Virus record (IMG/VR): IMGVR_UViG_3300045988_099134
Location: 42,922-74,921 of that record
Length of the DNA: 32,000 nucleotides
Strand: one strand, 5' to 3'
From: a virus
A model generated the notes under the pieces. It saw only the letters and a program-made list of their open reading frames with translations, ran no database searches and was not told the DNA's origin. The position numbers and the translations under genes were made by a program. Positions 1 to 8,263 of the stretch are shown here, piece by piece (position 1 is the stretch's first letter; each line of letters starts with the position of its first letter).

Positions 1-31
1 TCCAACCATGGAAATATAAAAGGGGTTGTCT

Positions 32-187
32 ATGATGATTAGTAGGCAACAATTAGACAAGATGAGCACGTGCAAAGTGCTCATACTTGCATTACTTAAG
101 TTTTACTTCTATATATGTTTTGATCTATTAATTATGGGACTTTTTCTAGGCCTATCGAATATAGTTATGCCATTAATATATAAATAA
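32..187 (+). CDS. hypothetical small membrane protein, 51 aa (below ORF-track cutoff)
   Basis: ATG at 32 lies 6 nt after AAAAGGGG (18-25). The product MMISRQQLDKMSTCKVLILALLKFYFYICFDLLIMGLFLGLSNIVMPLIYK is hydrophobic over its C-terminal two thirds. It is the first of three micro-ORFs that end at a strong terminator. Confidence 0.35.
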   Translation: MMISRQQLDKMSTCKVLILALLKFYFYICFDLLIMGLFLGLSNIVMPLIYK

Positions 188-201
188 AGGGGGTGCATAG
201 A

Positions 202-279
202 ATGACTAAAAAAGAAAAAAATAGAATGAATTATTACATTAATAAATTAAATGAATTTGAAAGGCTGCTAAATGATTGA
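202..279 (+). CDS. hypothetical 25-aa peptide
   Basis: ATG at 202 lies 6 nt after GGGGGTG (189-195). Product MTKKEKNRMNYYINKLNEFERLLND. Its stop overlaps the next micro-ORF start. Confidence 0.25.
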   Translation: MTKKEKNRMNYYINKLNEFERLLND

Positions 280-394
280 TCAATTAACAACTATACTTGT
301 ATTTATATTACTTCTTGCATTCTTATATAAATACTTGTTATGGATTATATTATTATTTATTGTATTATTTATTATCATTTATTTGTTATGCTAG
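272..394 (+). CDS. hypothetical 40-aa hydrophobic peptide
   Basis: The start at 272 overlaps the preceding ORF end (ATGATTGA). Product MIDQLTTILVFILLLAFLYKYLLWIILLFIVLFIIIYLLC is almost entirely transmembrane-like. The stop sits inside the left arm of the terminator. Confidence 0.3.
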   Translation: MIDQLTTILVFILLLAFLYKYLLWIILLFIVLFIIIYLLC

Positions 395-425
395 TTTGAA
401 CTAAAATGTTTGAACTAGCTTTTTT
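390..425 (+). terminator. intrinsic terminator closing the upstream small-gene unit
   Basis: Left arm GCTAGTTTGAAC (390-401) pairs with GTTTGAACTAGC (408-419) over 12 bp, two of them G-U. The loop is TAAAAT and a T6 run follows (420-425). Confidence 0.75.
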
Positions 426-445
426 ATTGTCTTTTTTCTTCTCTT

Positions 446-537
446 TGCTGCTTAAAGTCTTTATAACTCTTTGCTTGATCTTGATTAAATTGTCTTTGAA
501 TTGCATACATTCCATAAAGTTTGGGTTGCTGCTTAAA
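446..537. repeat. 12-bp perfect direct repeat TTGCTGCTTAAA, two copies
   Basis: Copies are at 446-457 and 526-537, 80 bp apart, in the non-coding region upstream of terS. Confidence 0.6.
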
Positions 538-733
538 TTTGAAAAACGCAACAGGAATTGACGACCCTACACACCCCATGCCTTCCCTCTCGACCAAACC
601 ACATTTTTTACACCTAGCACTTAACATAACAGAGTGCTAATACGAATAATAGCAAACCACCCCCTTTTTTAGATAAAATTTTTAGGAAAACGAAAATTCG
701 AGTTTTGAAAAAAATGAGTTCAAGTATTTTTGC

Positions 734-788
734 GAGGGGTAAGCGAGTAGTAAGAGAGTAGTAAGTGATGGGTAAACGAGGGGTAAAA
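734..788 (+). repeat. five tandem 11-bp repeats, consensus GAG(G/T)(G/A)GTAA; candidate protein-binding array
   Basis: Units are gaggggtaagc (734), gagtagtaaga (745), gagtagtaagt (756), gatgggtaaac (767) and gaggggtaaaa (778). The period is exactly 11 bp, and the array ends 58 bp upstream of the terS start. Confidence 0.7.
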
Positions 789-845
789 ACGTCCACATAG
801 AAATCATTTATAATGTAGGGAGGTAGAGAAAGAGAGGATGAGAGT

Positions 846-1355
846 ATGCCAAGGGCAAAGAGTGTTTCAGAATTAAAGCGTGAGGATGAAGCTAAAAGGT
901 TCTTTGACGAGTATTCAAAGAGTGGGAATATTACGAAGTCCATGCAAAAGATTCGTCCTGATTTAAGCGATAAGAGTGCTTATAACAAGGGATATAAGAT
1001 ATTAAACAGTCCTTTATTTAGGAATGTCATACATGAGAGGGTAAAAAAGAGAGATCAAAGGAGTGTTATGACAGTAGAGCAACGTAGACAATGGCTTAGT
1101 GATAACATTCAAGACGAAGAAAAGGACATGAAGGATAGATTAGGATGTTTAAAAGAGCTAAATAGAATGGATGGCATAGGAAAGAGCAATATTTTAAATG
1201 TTGGAAGTGTAAATAATATTACTGTTGAACAGAAAAGAGCGATTGCGGAGGAAAGAATCAACGATATATTAGGAATCAACATGGGAAGTGAGTTTTTAGA
1301 TGCCGAGGTAATAGAACACGAGGAGGACGATAACAGTGAAGAAACAGACTCTTAG
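846..1355 (+). CDS. terS: terminase small subunit
   Basis: 169 aa. The N-terminal segment GNITKSMQKIRPDLSDKSAYNKGYKILNSPLFRNVIHERV looks like the helix-turn-helix of Terminase_2-type small subunits. The C-tail is acidic and the 3' end overlaps the large terminase start. Confidence 0.8.
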   Translation: MPRAKSVSELKREDEAKRFFDEYSKSGNITKSMQKIRPDLSDKSAYNKGYKILNSPLFRNVIHERVKKRDQRSVMTVEQRRQWLSDNIQDEEKDMKDRLGCLKELNRMDGIGKSNILNVGSVNNITVEQKRAIAEERINDILGINMGSEFLDAEVIEHEEDDNSEETDS

Positions 1356-2979
1356 TGTTACGGAACAGTATTTTAAGGATGTAGAGGACTTAAAAGAAGC
1401 TAAAGCTATTAATAAGAGCCAAGAAGAAGTTGTTAGGTTGTTGAAGGGAGCTACCCCGAAGTATAAATTGAAGAATTGGACGAGAGGATATATCCCCGAA
1501 CATTACAAACGACTAAATATTTCTAAACAAGAAGCTTTTAGACTTGCGGTTATCGGTGCAAGAGAGGCTTTGACATATTTTCAAGTCAATCTTCACTTCA
1601 CACAAGCTATGTTGTTCGGTGCGGTTGTAGAGGGTTACGATACAATCTATGCAATTACTACTTCTCAGTATGGCAAAAGCTGGACTTTAGGAATGATTGC
1701 TATTTATCGTGCTTATAAAGGACATCAAGTACGAATTGCGGCCGCAACAGGAGAAACTGCTACTATCATCATGTCCAAAGTTATCGGACATTTACAAAAT
1801 GCAGACGAGTCTATTCAGAGTTCTGTATTAGATTCAGGAAACAAGATTGAAAAATTACAGACTTCTACTTCCAAGACTAAAATTTCCTTCAAGGGTGGAG
1901 GATGTGTAGAAATCGTTACGTTAGGTGGAAACAGTGTAGACCCGAAGAAAAACAACAACGCTATCGGTAAGGGTGGAGACTATATTATTGACGAAGCGGC
2001 CCAAGTAAGTGAAGATGCGTATGCCGAGATAGGACGAAGGGAATTTTCAAGTGTTGACGGTTCAAAAGAGCTTGAGATTGCTATTTCCAACCCCCACAAA
2101 CGAGGAGAGTTTTACGATTGTATGACAAACGAGAAATATCCCGAAGGAACATTAGTTGTTTGGATGGATGTACGTACTGCATACGAAGAAGATCGTATGA
2201 AAAGTGCATCTCAGATTCTAAATTCTCATTTTTACAAGAATAGAAGTACTTGCCAACGCTATTTAGTGTGCGAATTAGAGGAATTTTCAGACGAAAGTAT
2301 GTTCAAAACCATGACTCTAGACGACGATAAAGCAGATAATTCTTATAAAAAGCGTTTTTTCCTAGGTATTGACTCAGCTTATACAGGAAAAGACGGTATA
2401 GATGTTGCTTTATGCTCTCAAAACAGATACGGAAACTGTAAAATCGAGACAATTTACAATCTTAAAGAGGGTGTTTGGGTACAAGGAGTCACATCCGAGA
2501 AGATTATTGCCAAGATTGTTAAGATTATCGAGACATTAAACGTAAAATATGTTTGTGTTGACGTTGGATTCGGTACTTGGTTAACAGAAGGATTGTCAAA
2601 ATACTCGGATAAGCTAGGATTTATCCTTGAGGGTGTCAATTTCCAAGGAGGGCCAACAAAAACACGTATCAAGGCAAGACATTACAGTGCGGTATATGCA
2701 TTTAATCTAAGAGCGGAAATGTATTTAGACTTTCAGCAGCTAATGGACAGTAAGAAATTGACTTTCACAACGGAAGTCGCAAAAAGATTGAAGCCTGAAT
2801 TGCTTGCTACAAGGACTGTATCGAAGAACAATAAGAAGATAGCCATTATTCCTAAAGAGGAGATAAAACAACGCTTAGGACACTCTCCTGATGCCCTAGA
2901 TTCCTCAGTACTTTCTGTCCGCAGTTGTTTAATGTATAATCTAAGCAGTGAAATACTTGCGTATGCAGAGAACGATTAG
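1336..2979 (+). CDS. terL: terminase large subunit
   Basis: 547 aa. Walker A-like TSQYGKSWT, Walker B GGDYIIDEAAQV, and C-terminal nuclease-type acidic motifs LGIDSAYTGKDG and VCVDVGFG. The GTG start lies 9 nt after AGGAGG (1321-1326). Confidence 0.9.
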   Translation: MKKQTLSVTEQYFKDVEDLKEAKAINKSQEEVVRLLKGATPKYKLKNWTRGYIPEHYKRLNISKQEAFRLAVIGAREALTYFQVNLHFTQAMLFGAVVEGYDTIYAITTSQYGKSWTLGMIAIYRAYKGHQVRIAAATGETATIIMSKVIGHLQNADESIQSSVLDSGNKIEKLQTSTSKTKISFKGGGCVEIVTLGGNSVDPKKNNNAIGKGGDYIIDEAAQVSEDAYAEIGRREFSSVDGSKELEIAISNPHKRGEFYDCMTNEKYPEGTLVVWMDVRTAYEEDRMKSASQILNSHFYKNRSTCQRYLVCELEEFSDESMFKTMTLDDDKADNSYKKRFFLGIDSAYTGKDGIDVALCSQNRYGNCKIETIYNLKEGVWVQGVTSEKIIAKIVKIIETLNVKYVCVDVGFGTWLTEGLSKYSDKLGFILEGVNFQGGPTKTRIKARHYSAVYAFNLRAEMYLDFQQLMDSKKLTFTTEVAKRLKPELLATRTVSKNNKKIAIIPKEEIKQRLGHSPDALDSSVLSVRSCLMYNLSSEILAYAEND

Positions 2980-2990
2980 GAGGTGCTAAT

Positions 2991-4412
2991 TTGAGTCGAA
3001 GAACAAAGAAAAGACAAAAGGATAGAGTTAAACTAGCATCCAATACCTATGTGTCACCTAACATTTCGCACAATATTCACAGTTCTAATGCAGAAACCGA
3101 AGCCGAAAAGGTAATGGAAGCTATGTTAAACTGCAATTCAGAGTGCATCAACGGATTTATAAAGACAAACTTTAAGAATCAGTTTGATGAGATTGATTGG
3201 ATGATAGACAATCTACCAACGCTACCATATGTTATCGGTAAGGTTATTGACTTTATATTCTCAAACGGCATCACAACGGGTGATGAGAATTTAGACAAGA
3301 ATGTTCTTATGCCATTCCTTTACAGACACAATGTGCAAGGTGTTACAAACTATTCTGTACTTCAAAATGCTATTATGCAGTCCTTGTTGTACGGAAAATG
3401 CGGTATTCGTTGGCTAGACGAAGATAAAGGAATTGTTACAGAGAATTATCGTAATTATGTTTCCATTATGCGTGAAGATGATGAATATAAAGGCTTTAGA
3501 GTTCCTATCTGTTATGCTATGTCGGCAGACGATAAAGAACCTATCTCATTAGGAACAAAGGAAATCGACTTTGATGAAGTGTTATTCCTTAAAACAGGCA
3601 AATTAATGTCAAAAGACGGAACAATCATTGTAGAGATTCCTGATAATTTCTGCAATCTTAGAAATGGAACAGACAATGAGAACGGATTATCTTGTTTATT
3701 ACGTGATAAACAACGTCTAAAGCTATTAGGTGCGGTTTACGAGCGTTTGAACTACGATATTCAGTATGATGGGCCAGGACGTTTGATTTTTTGGCTAAAA
3801 GACGGATTTGCCAAGGGAGATACGATTGATTTATCGGCTTCCCAAGTTCTAGACGAATCATCAAGTTCTAAAGCAGACAGAGCCGACAAAGCAAGAATTG
3901 AAGCTAAACGTTTAGGCCAGGAAATCAGAAATTCAAAATCAGACAATGTAATCCTTGCAAGTTCTATTTTTGATAAGATGGATCACTTGCCTCGTGTTAC
4001 AAAAGGTACAGAGTTCTTAGAATACCTTCAAATGAAGGAAGGTTCTATTATTTGTCAGTGTTTCGGGCTTACTCCTGAATTAATTGGTTTAGGGGATGTA
4101 TCAGGAAACGTATCTATGGAAAGAATCATAGATAATGCCATGACAAATACAATCGTACCAATGCGAGAAAGGTTCGCCACTCAGATTTCTCCTATGTTAA
4201 GTGAGAAATTAGGTGTGCCAAAGGTTTATTTTGATAAATACGAATTGAAAGAACAACAAGACAAGTCTGCAAAGACATATAAATTGGCCTTGTCAGTTAC
4301 TCAAATCGTAGGTGCTATTGTCAACGGAGCAGAAGCGTTAGACAAGAGCACAAAGAATTACATGATGGAATCAGTTACTAGAATGATGGATTCTATCGAG
4401 AAAACGCTATAG
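2991..4412 (+). CDS. portal protein (by position and size)
   Basis: 473-aa ORF immediately after terL, with a TTG start after GGAGGTG. Size and order are typical of a portal, but I have no motif-level proof. Confidence 0.7.
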   Translation: MSRRTKKRQKDRVKLASNTYVSPNISHNIHSSNAETEAEKVMEAMLNCNSECINGFIKTNFKNQFDEIDWMIDNLPTLPYVIGKVIDFIFSNGITTGDENLDKNVLMPFLYRHNVQGVTNYSVLQNAIMQSLLYGKCGIRWLDEDKGIVTENYRNYVSIMREDDEYKGFRVPICYAMSADDKEPISLGTKEIDFDEVLFLKTGKLMSKDGTIIVEIPDNFCNLRNGTDNENGLSCLLRDKQRLKLLGAVYERLNYDIQYDGPGRLIFWLKDGFAKGDTIDLSASQVLDESSSSKADRADKARIEAKRLGQEIRNSKSDNVILASSIFDKMDHLPRVTKGTEFLEYLQMKEGSIICQCFGLTPELIGLGDVSGNVSMERIIDNAMTNTIVPMRERFATQISPMLSEKLGVPKVYFDKYELKEQQDKSAKTYKLALSVTQIVGAIVNGAEALDKSTKNYMMESVTRMMDSIEKTL

Positions 4413-4429
4413 CGAGAGGAGAAAATAAA

Positions 4430-5014
4430 ATGGAAATGGATATTTTAAAAAGTATCTTATCTGAAAATGAGGTAACACCCCTAGGAAGTTTGAATGGGAC
4501 TCCGTTATATTCATTTGAAGATGCACAGAGAATCAACAAAATTGGATTGGTAAAAGAGAAAATCCAAGGCAAAGAGGTTGAATTTGGTGAAAGACCTATG
4601 CGACCTGATGGATTAGGGTATTTGGAAACAAAAGCCAATGCAATTGCAGTTCCAACTTCTTTCTTTGAGAACAGATACAGAAAAGTAGAAATCGTAAAAA
4701 CTGTTGCCAATGAAAAAACAAAGAAGGAAGAAACTGTTAAAGATGTATATTACGAAGTCGTAACAGACTACAGAGCTTGCAAAGAACAGGCTAGTGGACG
4801 TGTATATACAACTACAATTCCTGTATATCAGATTGGAGCTAAGAAAGATTCAAAAGGAAATGCCGATTTATTCTTAATTGGCCGAAGAAATATTTCAGAT
4901 ACAGACTTTATCAACGAGTTCAAAGGTAAATTGAACAAAGAATCAATGGTCAAGATTCTTAAATTGATTGGTAATAACCCAACAGAACAAGTAGAAGATA
5001 AATTAGAGTTTTAA
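4430..5014 (+). CDS. hypothetical head-module protein
   Basis: 194 aa with RBS GAGAGGAG upstream and protein-like composition. Family not recognised. Confidence 0.6.
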   Translation: MEMDILKSILSENEVTPLGSLNGTPLYSFEDAQRINKIGLVKEKIQGKEVEFGERPMRPDGLGYLETKANAIAVPTSFFENRYRKVEIVKTVANEKTKKEETVKDVYYEVVTDYRACKEQASGRVYTTTIPVYQIGAKKDSKGNADLFLIGRRNISDTDFINEFKGKLNKESMVKILKLIGNNPTEQVEDKLEF

Positions 5015-5153
5015 TTAGAAGTAAAAAGTAGAAAAACAAGGCAATATTTGGAAATAAACAAAAGGTATAAACAGTTTTCACTGTCTATATAGATTTTTGC
5101 ATATTTCGAGGTATTGCCTTTTTATATGCAAATTAACGAAAGGAGATACATAA

Positions 5154-5447
5154 ATGTCAATTAAACGTAGTTTCACTGTAAAAATCACTTTTAAAGAAGG
5201 GTACGGAGGCCCTATCACTTTAACAGGGAAAGATGCAACTGCTTTTAACACTGCTTGGCATAACAAATTGAATGACCAAGACGGAGCTATTGGATTTGAA
5301 TGGCCAGTTATTACGACAACAGGTGAAGAACCTAATCAAACAACAGTAACAACTTATACTTCATTCTTATTCTGCAATGTAGCAAAAGTAGAACGCTCAG
5401 AACAAACAGAAACAAAGTATACAGACGATCAATGCCATGATGCTTAG
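5154..5447 (+). CDS. hypothetical protein
   Basis: 97 aa with AAAGGAGA 6 nt upstream. It follows a 139-bp structured intergenic gap. Family not recognised. Confidence 0.55.
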   Translation: MSIKRSFTVKITFKEGYGGPITLTGKDATAFNTAWHNKLNDQDGAIGFEWPVITTTGEEPNQTTVTTYTSFLFCNVAKVERSEQTETKYTDDQCHDA

Positions 5448-5458
5448 AAGGAGAGACC

Positions 5459-5899
5459 ATGCAAAACAACGTACAAACTATTAACGGTGTTACTTGGTTC
5501 GATTCCCTAGAAGAAAGAAATGCTTTCTTAAAGCAAAATGGTAGACATGAGTTCGCATTGGAAGAAGCAGCAAAGAACGCAAAACAGTATTTGAAACTTC
5601 TTGATGTAATTGAAGAAAAAACGCAAATTGACGTTTATTCAAAATTAGATAGCGGTACTTTGCTATACGGATATGTAGTTCTTGAACCTAAGAAGAAATA
5701 CAAGATTCCCGAAGATAAAGTTTTGTTAGAAGCACTTAGAAACAAAACTATTCAAAAAAGATATGATTCTACAATGGAAGAAATCTTAAAAGGAGCAAAG
5801 ATTCCATACGAAGTCAAGAAGTGTAATTCATGTGGTGGAAGGATTCAGAAATTGTTCTATAAACCCGTAATCGTAGTAGAAACGGAGACTAAGAAATAA
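5459..5899 (+). CDS. hypothetical protein with C-terminal CxxC
   Basis: 146 aa with AGAAGGAGAG upstream. It contains KKCNSCGG near the C-terminus, and its stop overlaps the next start (TAATG). Confidence 0.55.
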   Translation: MQNNVQTINGVTWFDSLEERNAFLKQNGRHEFALEEAAKNAKQYLKLLDVIEEKTQIDVYSKLDSGTLLYGYVVLEPKKKYKIPEDKVLLEALRNKTIQKRYDSTMEEILKGAKIPYEVKKCNSCGGRIQKLFYKPVIVVETETKK

Positions 5900-6990
5900 T
5901 GCCACAAAAGAAAAGAGTTCCAACATATGTAGAAAGCATTAAAGATAGCCTTGATCGCAGAAAAAAAGGAAAAGCATTTTATGACAATGCAATCACTTTA
6001 TCTAGCGTAGATAAAGAAAACCATTATGTCAGTGTGAACCTATCATCAGGGTACGTAGAAAACAAACCTACACGTCTTATTGACGAGGGGGCAATAACAT
6101 ATGAGGGTGGAGATGATATTCGTCTATACATCAAAAAAGGGGCAGTACAAGCGTTCTACGATAGCTTGAGTTCTGATTATGTAGGATATATCAACTTAGC
6201 TCACATTGACATTACATCACTCCCTTTAAACTTAGGTACATGGACTAAAGATGATTTAACAGTTGTCGATATTGGGGATGGAAGAAAAGGTCTTGATGTA
6301 AACGTCAAACTAAATAGGGAATTGCACATAGTGCAAGATTTATTGAAACAAGAAATACCATTGAGTATTAGTGCAGAACTGAGAGGGACACTCGATTTTG
6401 AATCGTCATTTAAATTTAATGCACCATTCTACAACGAAATCGAGATTTCTGGTTTCTCAGTTGTTGCAAATCCAGCCAATGTAAACAGTACAGGCGAAAA
6501 TTTAAACAGTAAAGGAGACTCAGAAATGAACCTATGGGAAAAGATTTTAAAGTTGAGTTCTGAAAATAAAGAAGAAAAGAAGAATGAAGCTTTAGAAAAC
6601 AAAGAGGAAGAAAAAGAAGAAAAAGAACCTTCTAAAGAAGAAAAAGCACCTGAAAGTAAAGAAGAAGGAACAGAAAACAAAGAAGAAGCTAAAAAAGGCG
6701 AAGAAACATTAGAAACTGTTGAAATGTCTAAGGACGATATGGAAAAAATCAACAAATTCATGGATGCTTTTGAAGCTTTAAGTGCAAAAGTTGAAGCATT
6801 AGAACAAGAAAATGCTGAATTAAAAGAAAAATTAAAAAATTCTAAGAAAGAAAAAACAGAATTTGAAAAGAAAGCAGAAAGCACATTAGACAGATTGTCT
6901 AGTTTGATCTCAGGACAAGCTAACGATAAAGAAAAGAAAGAAGAAAAATTAGCTTCAACTTCTAAAGTTAGCGGAGATATGTGGGGATAG
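5899..6990 (+). CDS. capsid scaffolding protein with N-terminal prohead protease-like domain (P2 gpO-like architecture)
   Basis: 363 aa. The N-terminal about 200 aa carry INLAHI, LSISAEL and ISGFSVVANPANVNSTGENL, spaced like INLEHL, YTSMEI and LVGLAVTDDPASLGTEYL of P2 gpO as I recall it. The C-terminal half is an E/K-rich coiled coil. It lies directly upstream of the capsid gene. Confidence 0.65.
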   Translation: MPQKKRVPTYVESIKDSLDRRKKGKAFYDNAITLSSVDKENHYVSVNLSSGYVENKPTRLIDEGAITYEGGDDIRLYIKKGAVQAFYDSLSSDYVGYINLAHIDITSLPLNLGTWTKDDLTVVDIGDGRKGLDVNVKLNRELHIVQDLLKQEIPLSISAELRGTLDFESSFKFNAPFYNEIEISGFSVVANPANVNSTGENLNSKGDSEMNLWEKILKLSSENKEEKKNEALENKEEEKEEKEPSKEEKAPESKEEGTENKEEAKKGEETLETVEMSKDDMEKINKFMDAFEALSAKVEALEQENAELKEKLKNSKKEKTEFEKKAESTLDRLSSLISGQANDKEKKEEKLASTSKVSGDMWG

Positions 6991-7000
6991 GAGGTAAACC

Positions 7001-8263
7001 ATGTTAGATTTATTATTTACAAATCCTGATAACACATTATTAGAGAAAATGGCAGTTACACCAGGAATGGTAGAACGTCTAAGTTCTAATATCGAGGATT
7101 TAACATCATTCTCAAGAGCTTATATTGATTATGAAAAAGCAAGACAGAATTTAGCAGTAAATGCTTCTAAATCAAATGTAGGAACAGTTGGTATCGGTAC
7201 TGATTATTCAGATAACTCACCAGCCAATCCATTCCAAAACGTGTTCCCATTAGTTTCTTGGTTAATGAACACACCAGCTTCACGTAAGATGCAAGGTGCT
7301 ATGAACCGAGGAGCATGGAGCGTTACAAAAAAAGAAGATGGCAAATTCTATATTCAGTTGCCATTCACATACGGAACAACAGAACCTAAATCAACACAAG
7401 GTGAATGTTGCTGGGTTCCATTAGATTTAGCTAAATGCGGTAGCGATGCACCATTAGCATTATTGTGTTTAAAGAGCTGCGAACCTATTATGGATAGCTT
7501 AGTAAATGAAACACGTAAAATCAAAGCTAATGACATGGTTTGCTACTTCCAACGTGAAGGAGAAACTATTAAAGAAGCTCAGAAACGTATGGATTTAATT
7601 TCAATGGCATACTTCACTGCTATTAACGTAATCTTAGGGACAATGTCTACAGGTACTCCTACATTGAAACCATTCCATGGATTATTGGAAGTAATGGAAA
7701 ATAAAGCGGTTATCAAAATCGTAGGTACAAACGTATTATCTGCGTTTGATTCAGTTGGTTTACGTTTGGCAGCTTTAGGAGATGGCGATTACAAATTCGC
7801 TTGTCACCCATTGGTACTTGAAGGTATCAAATCTGTTATTGTTCCAGGTAAATTCAACGGAGAATACCCTGATGGATGGACTCGCAATAAAGAAACAGGC
7901 GAAGTTGCGTATAAAGGGCATGGATTTATCGCAGATAAATTAGTTCCATGCGACATCACAAAAGGCACAGGTGATGTATGGGTATTAGAAGGAAATACAG
8001 TAGGTTTGGTAATGGGAACTACTTTCCAACCATCTGAAAAATTCCAACGTCATACATTCGGTGCTACAGATACACCATCTGAAGGATGCGGTACTCAATG
8101 TGATTACTACTACAACTTTGGATGTGCATTTGGAACTGATGCAAACCGATTAATGGTAATCCAAGGTATCCCAATGTCAGCAGCTACATTAGGAGATACA
8201 TTAAACGGATTAGACCTTGTATTGAAACCAACAACTATCGTACCAATCAACATTGGTGAATAA
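7001..8263 (+). CDS. major capsid protein (by position and size)
   Basis: 420 aa with a strong RBS TAGGAGGTA, directly after the scaffold gene. It is unusually Cys-rich for a capsid protein (11 Cys, for example GECCW, LLCLKSCEP and EGCGTQCDYYYNFGC). Confidence 0.75.
   Translation: MLDLLFTNPDNTLLEKMAVTPGMVERLSSNIEDLTSFSRAYIDYEKARQNLAVNASKSNVGTVGIGTDYSDNSPANPFQNVFPLVSWLMNTPASRKMQGAMNRGAWSVTKKEDGKFYIQLPFTYGTTEPKSTQGECCWVPLDLAKCGSDAPLALLCLKSCEPIMDSLVNETRKIKANDMVCYFQREGETIKEAQKRMDLISMAYFTAINVILGTMSTGTPTLKPFHGLLEVMENKAVIKIVGTNVLSAFDSVGLRLAALGDGDYKFACHPLVLEGIKSVIVPGKFNGEYPDGWTRNKETGEVAYKGHGFIADKLVPCDITKGTGDVWVLEGNTVGLVMGTTFQPSEKFQRHTFGATDTPSEGCGTQCDYYYNFGCAFGTDANRLMVIQGIPMSAATLGDTLNGLDLVLKPTTIVPINIGE

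Noticed and set aside
424-943. Minus-strand ORFs 424..627 (67 aa) and 614..943 (109 aa)
   Set aside because: They have no RBS at either start. They lie in the terS-upstream regulatory region or antisense to the terS start, their composition is odd, and they would be the only minus-strand genes in a 30-kb co-directional array.
6429-6884. 151-aa minus-strand ORF rich in S, F and L
   Set aside because: It is an antisense shadow of the GAA/AAA-rich scaffold coding region. The low-complexity product simply mirrors E/K codons.
6540-6960. Nucleotide-level GAAGAAAA-type repetitiveness, considered as a tandem repeat or CRISPR-like array
   Set aside because: It is coding low complexity (the E/K coiled coil of the scaffold). 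There are no unit repeats separated by unique spacers.
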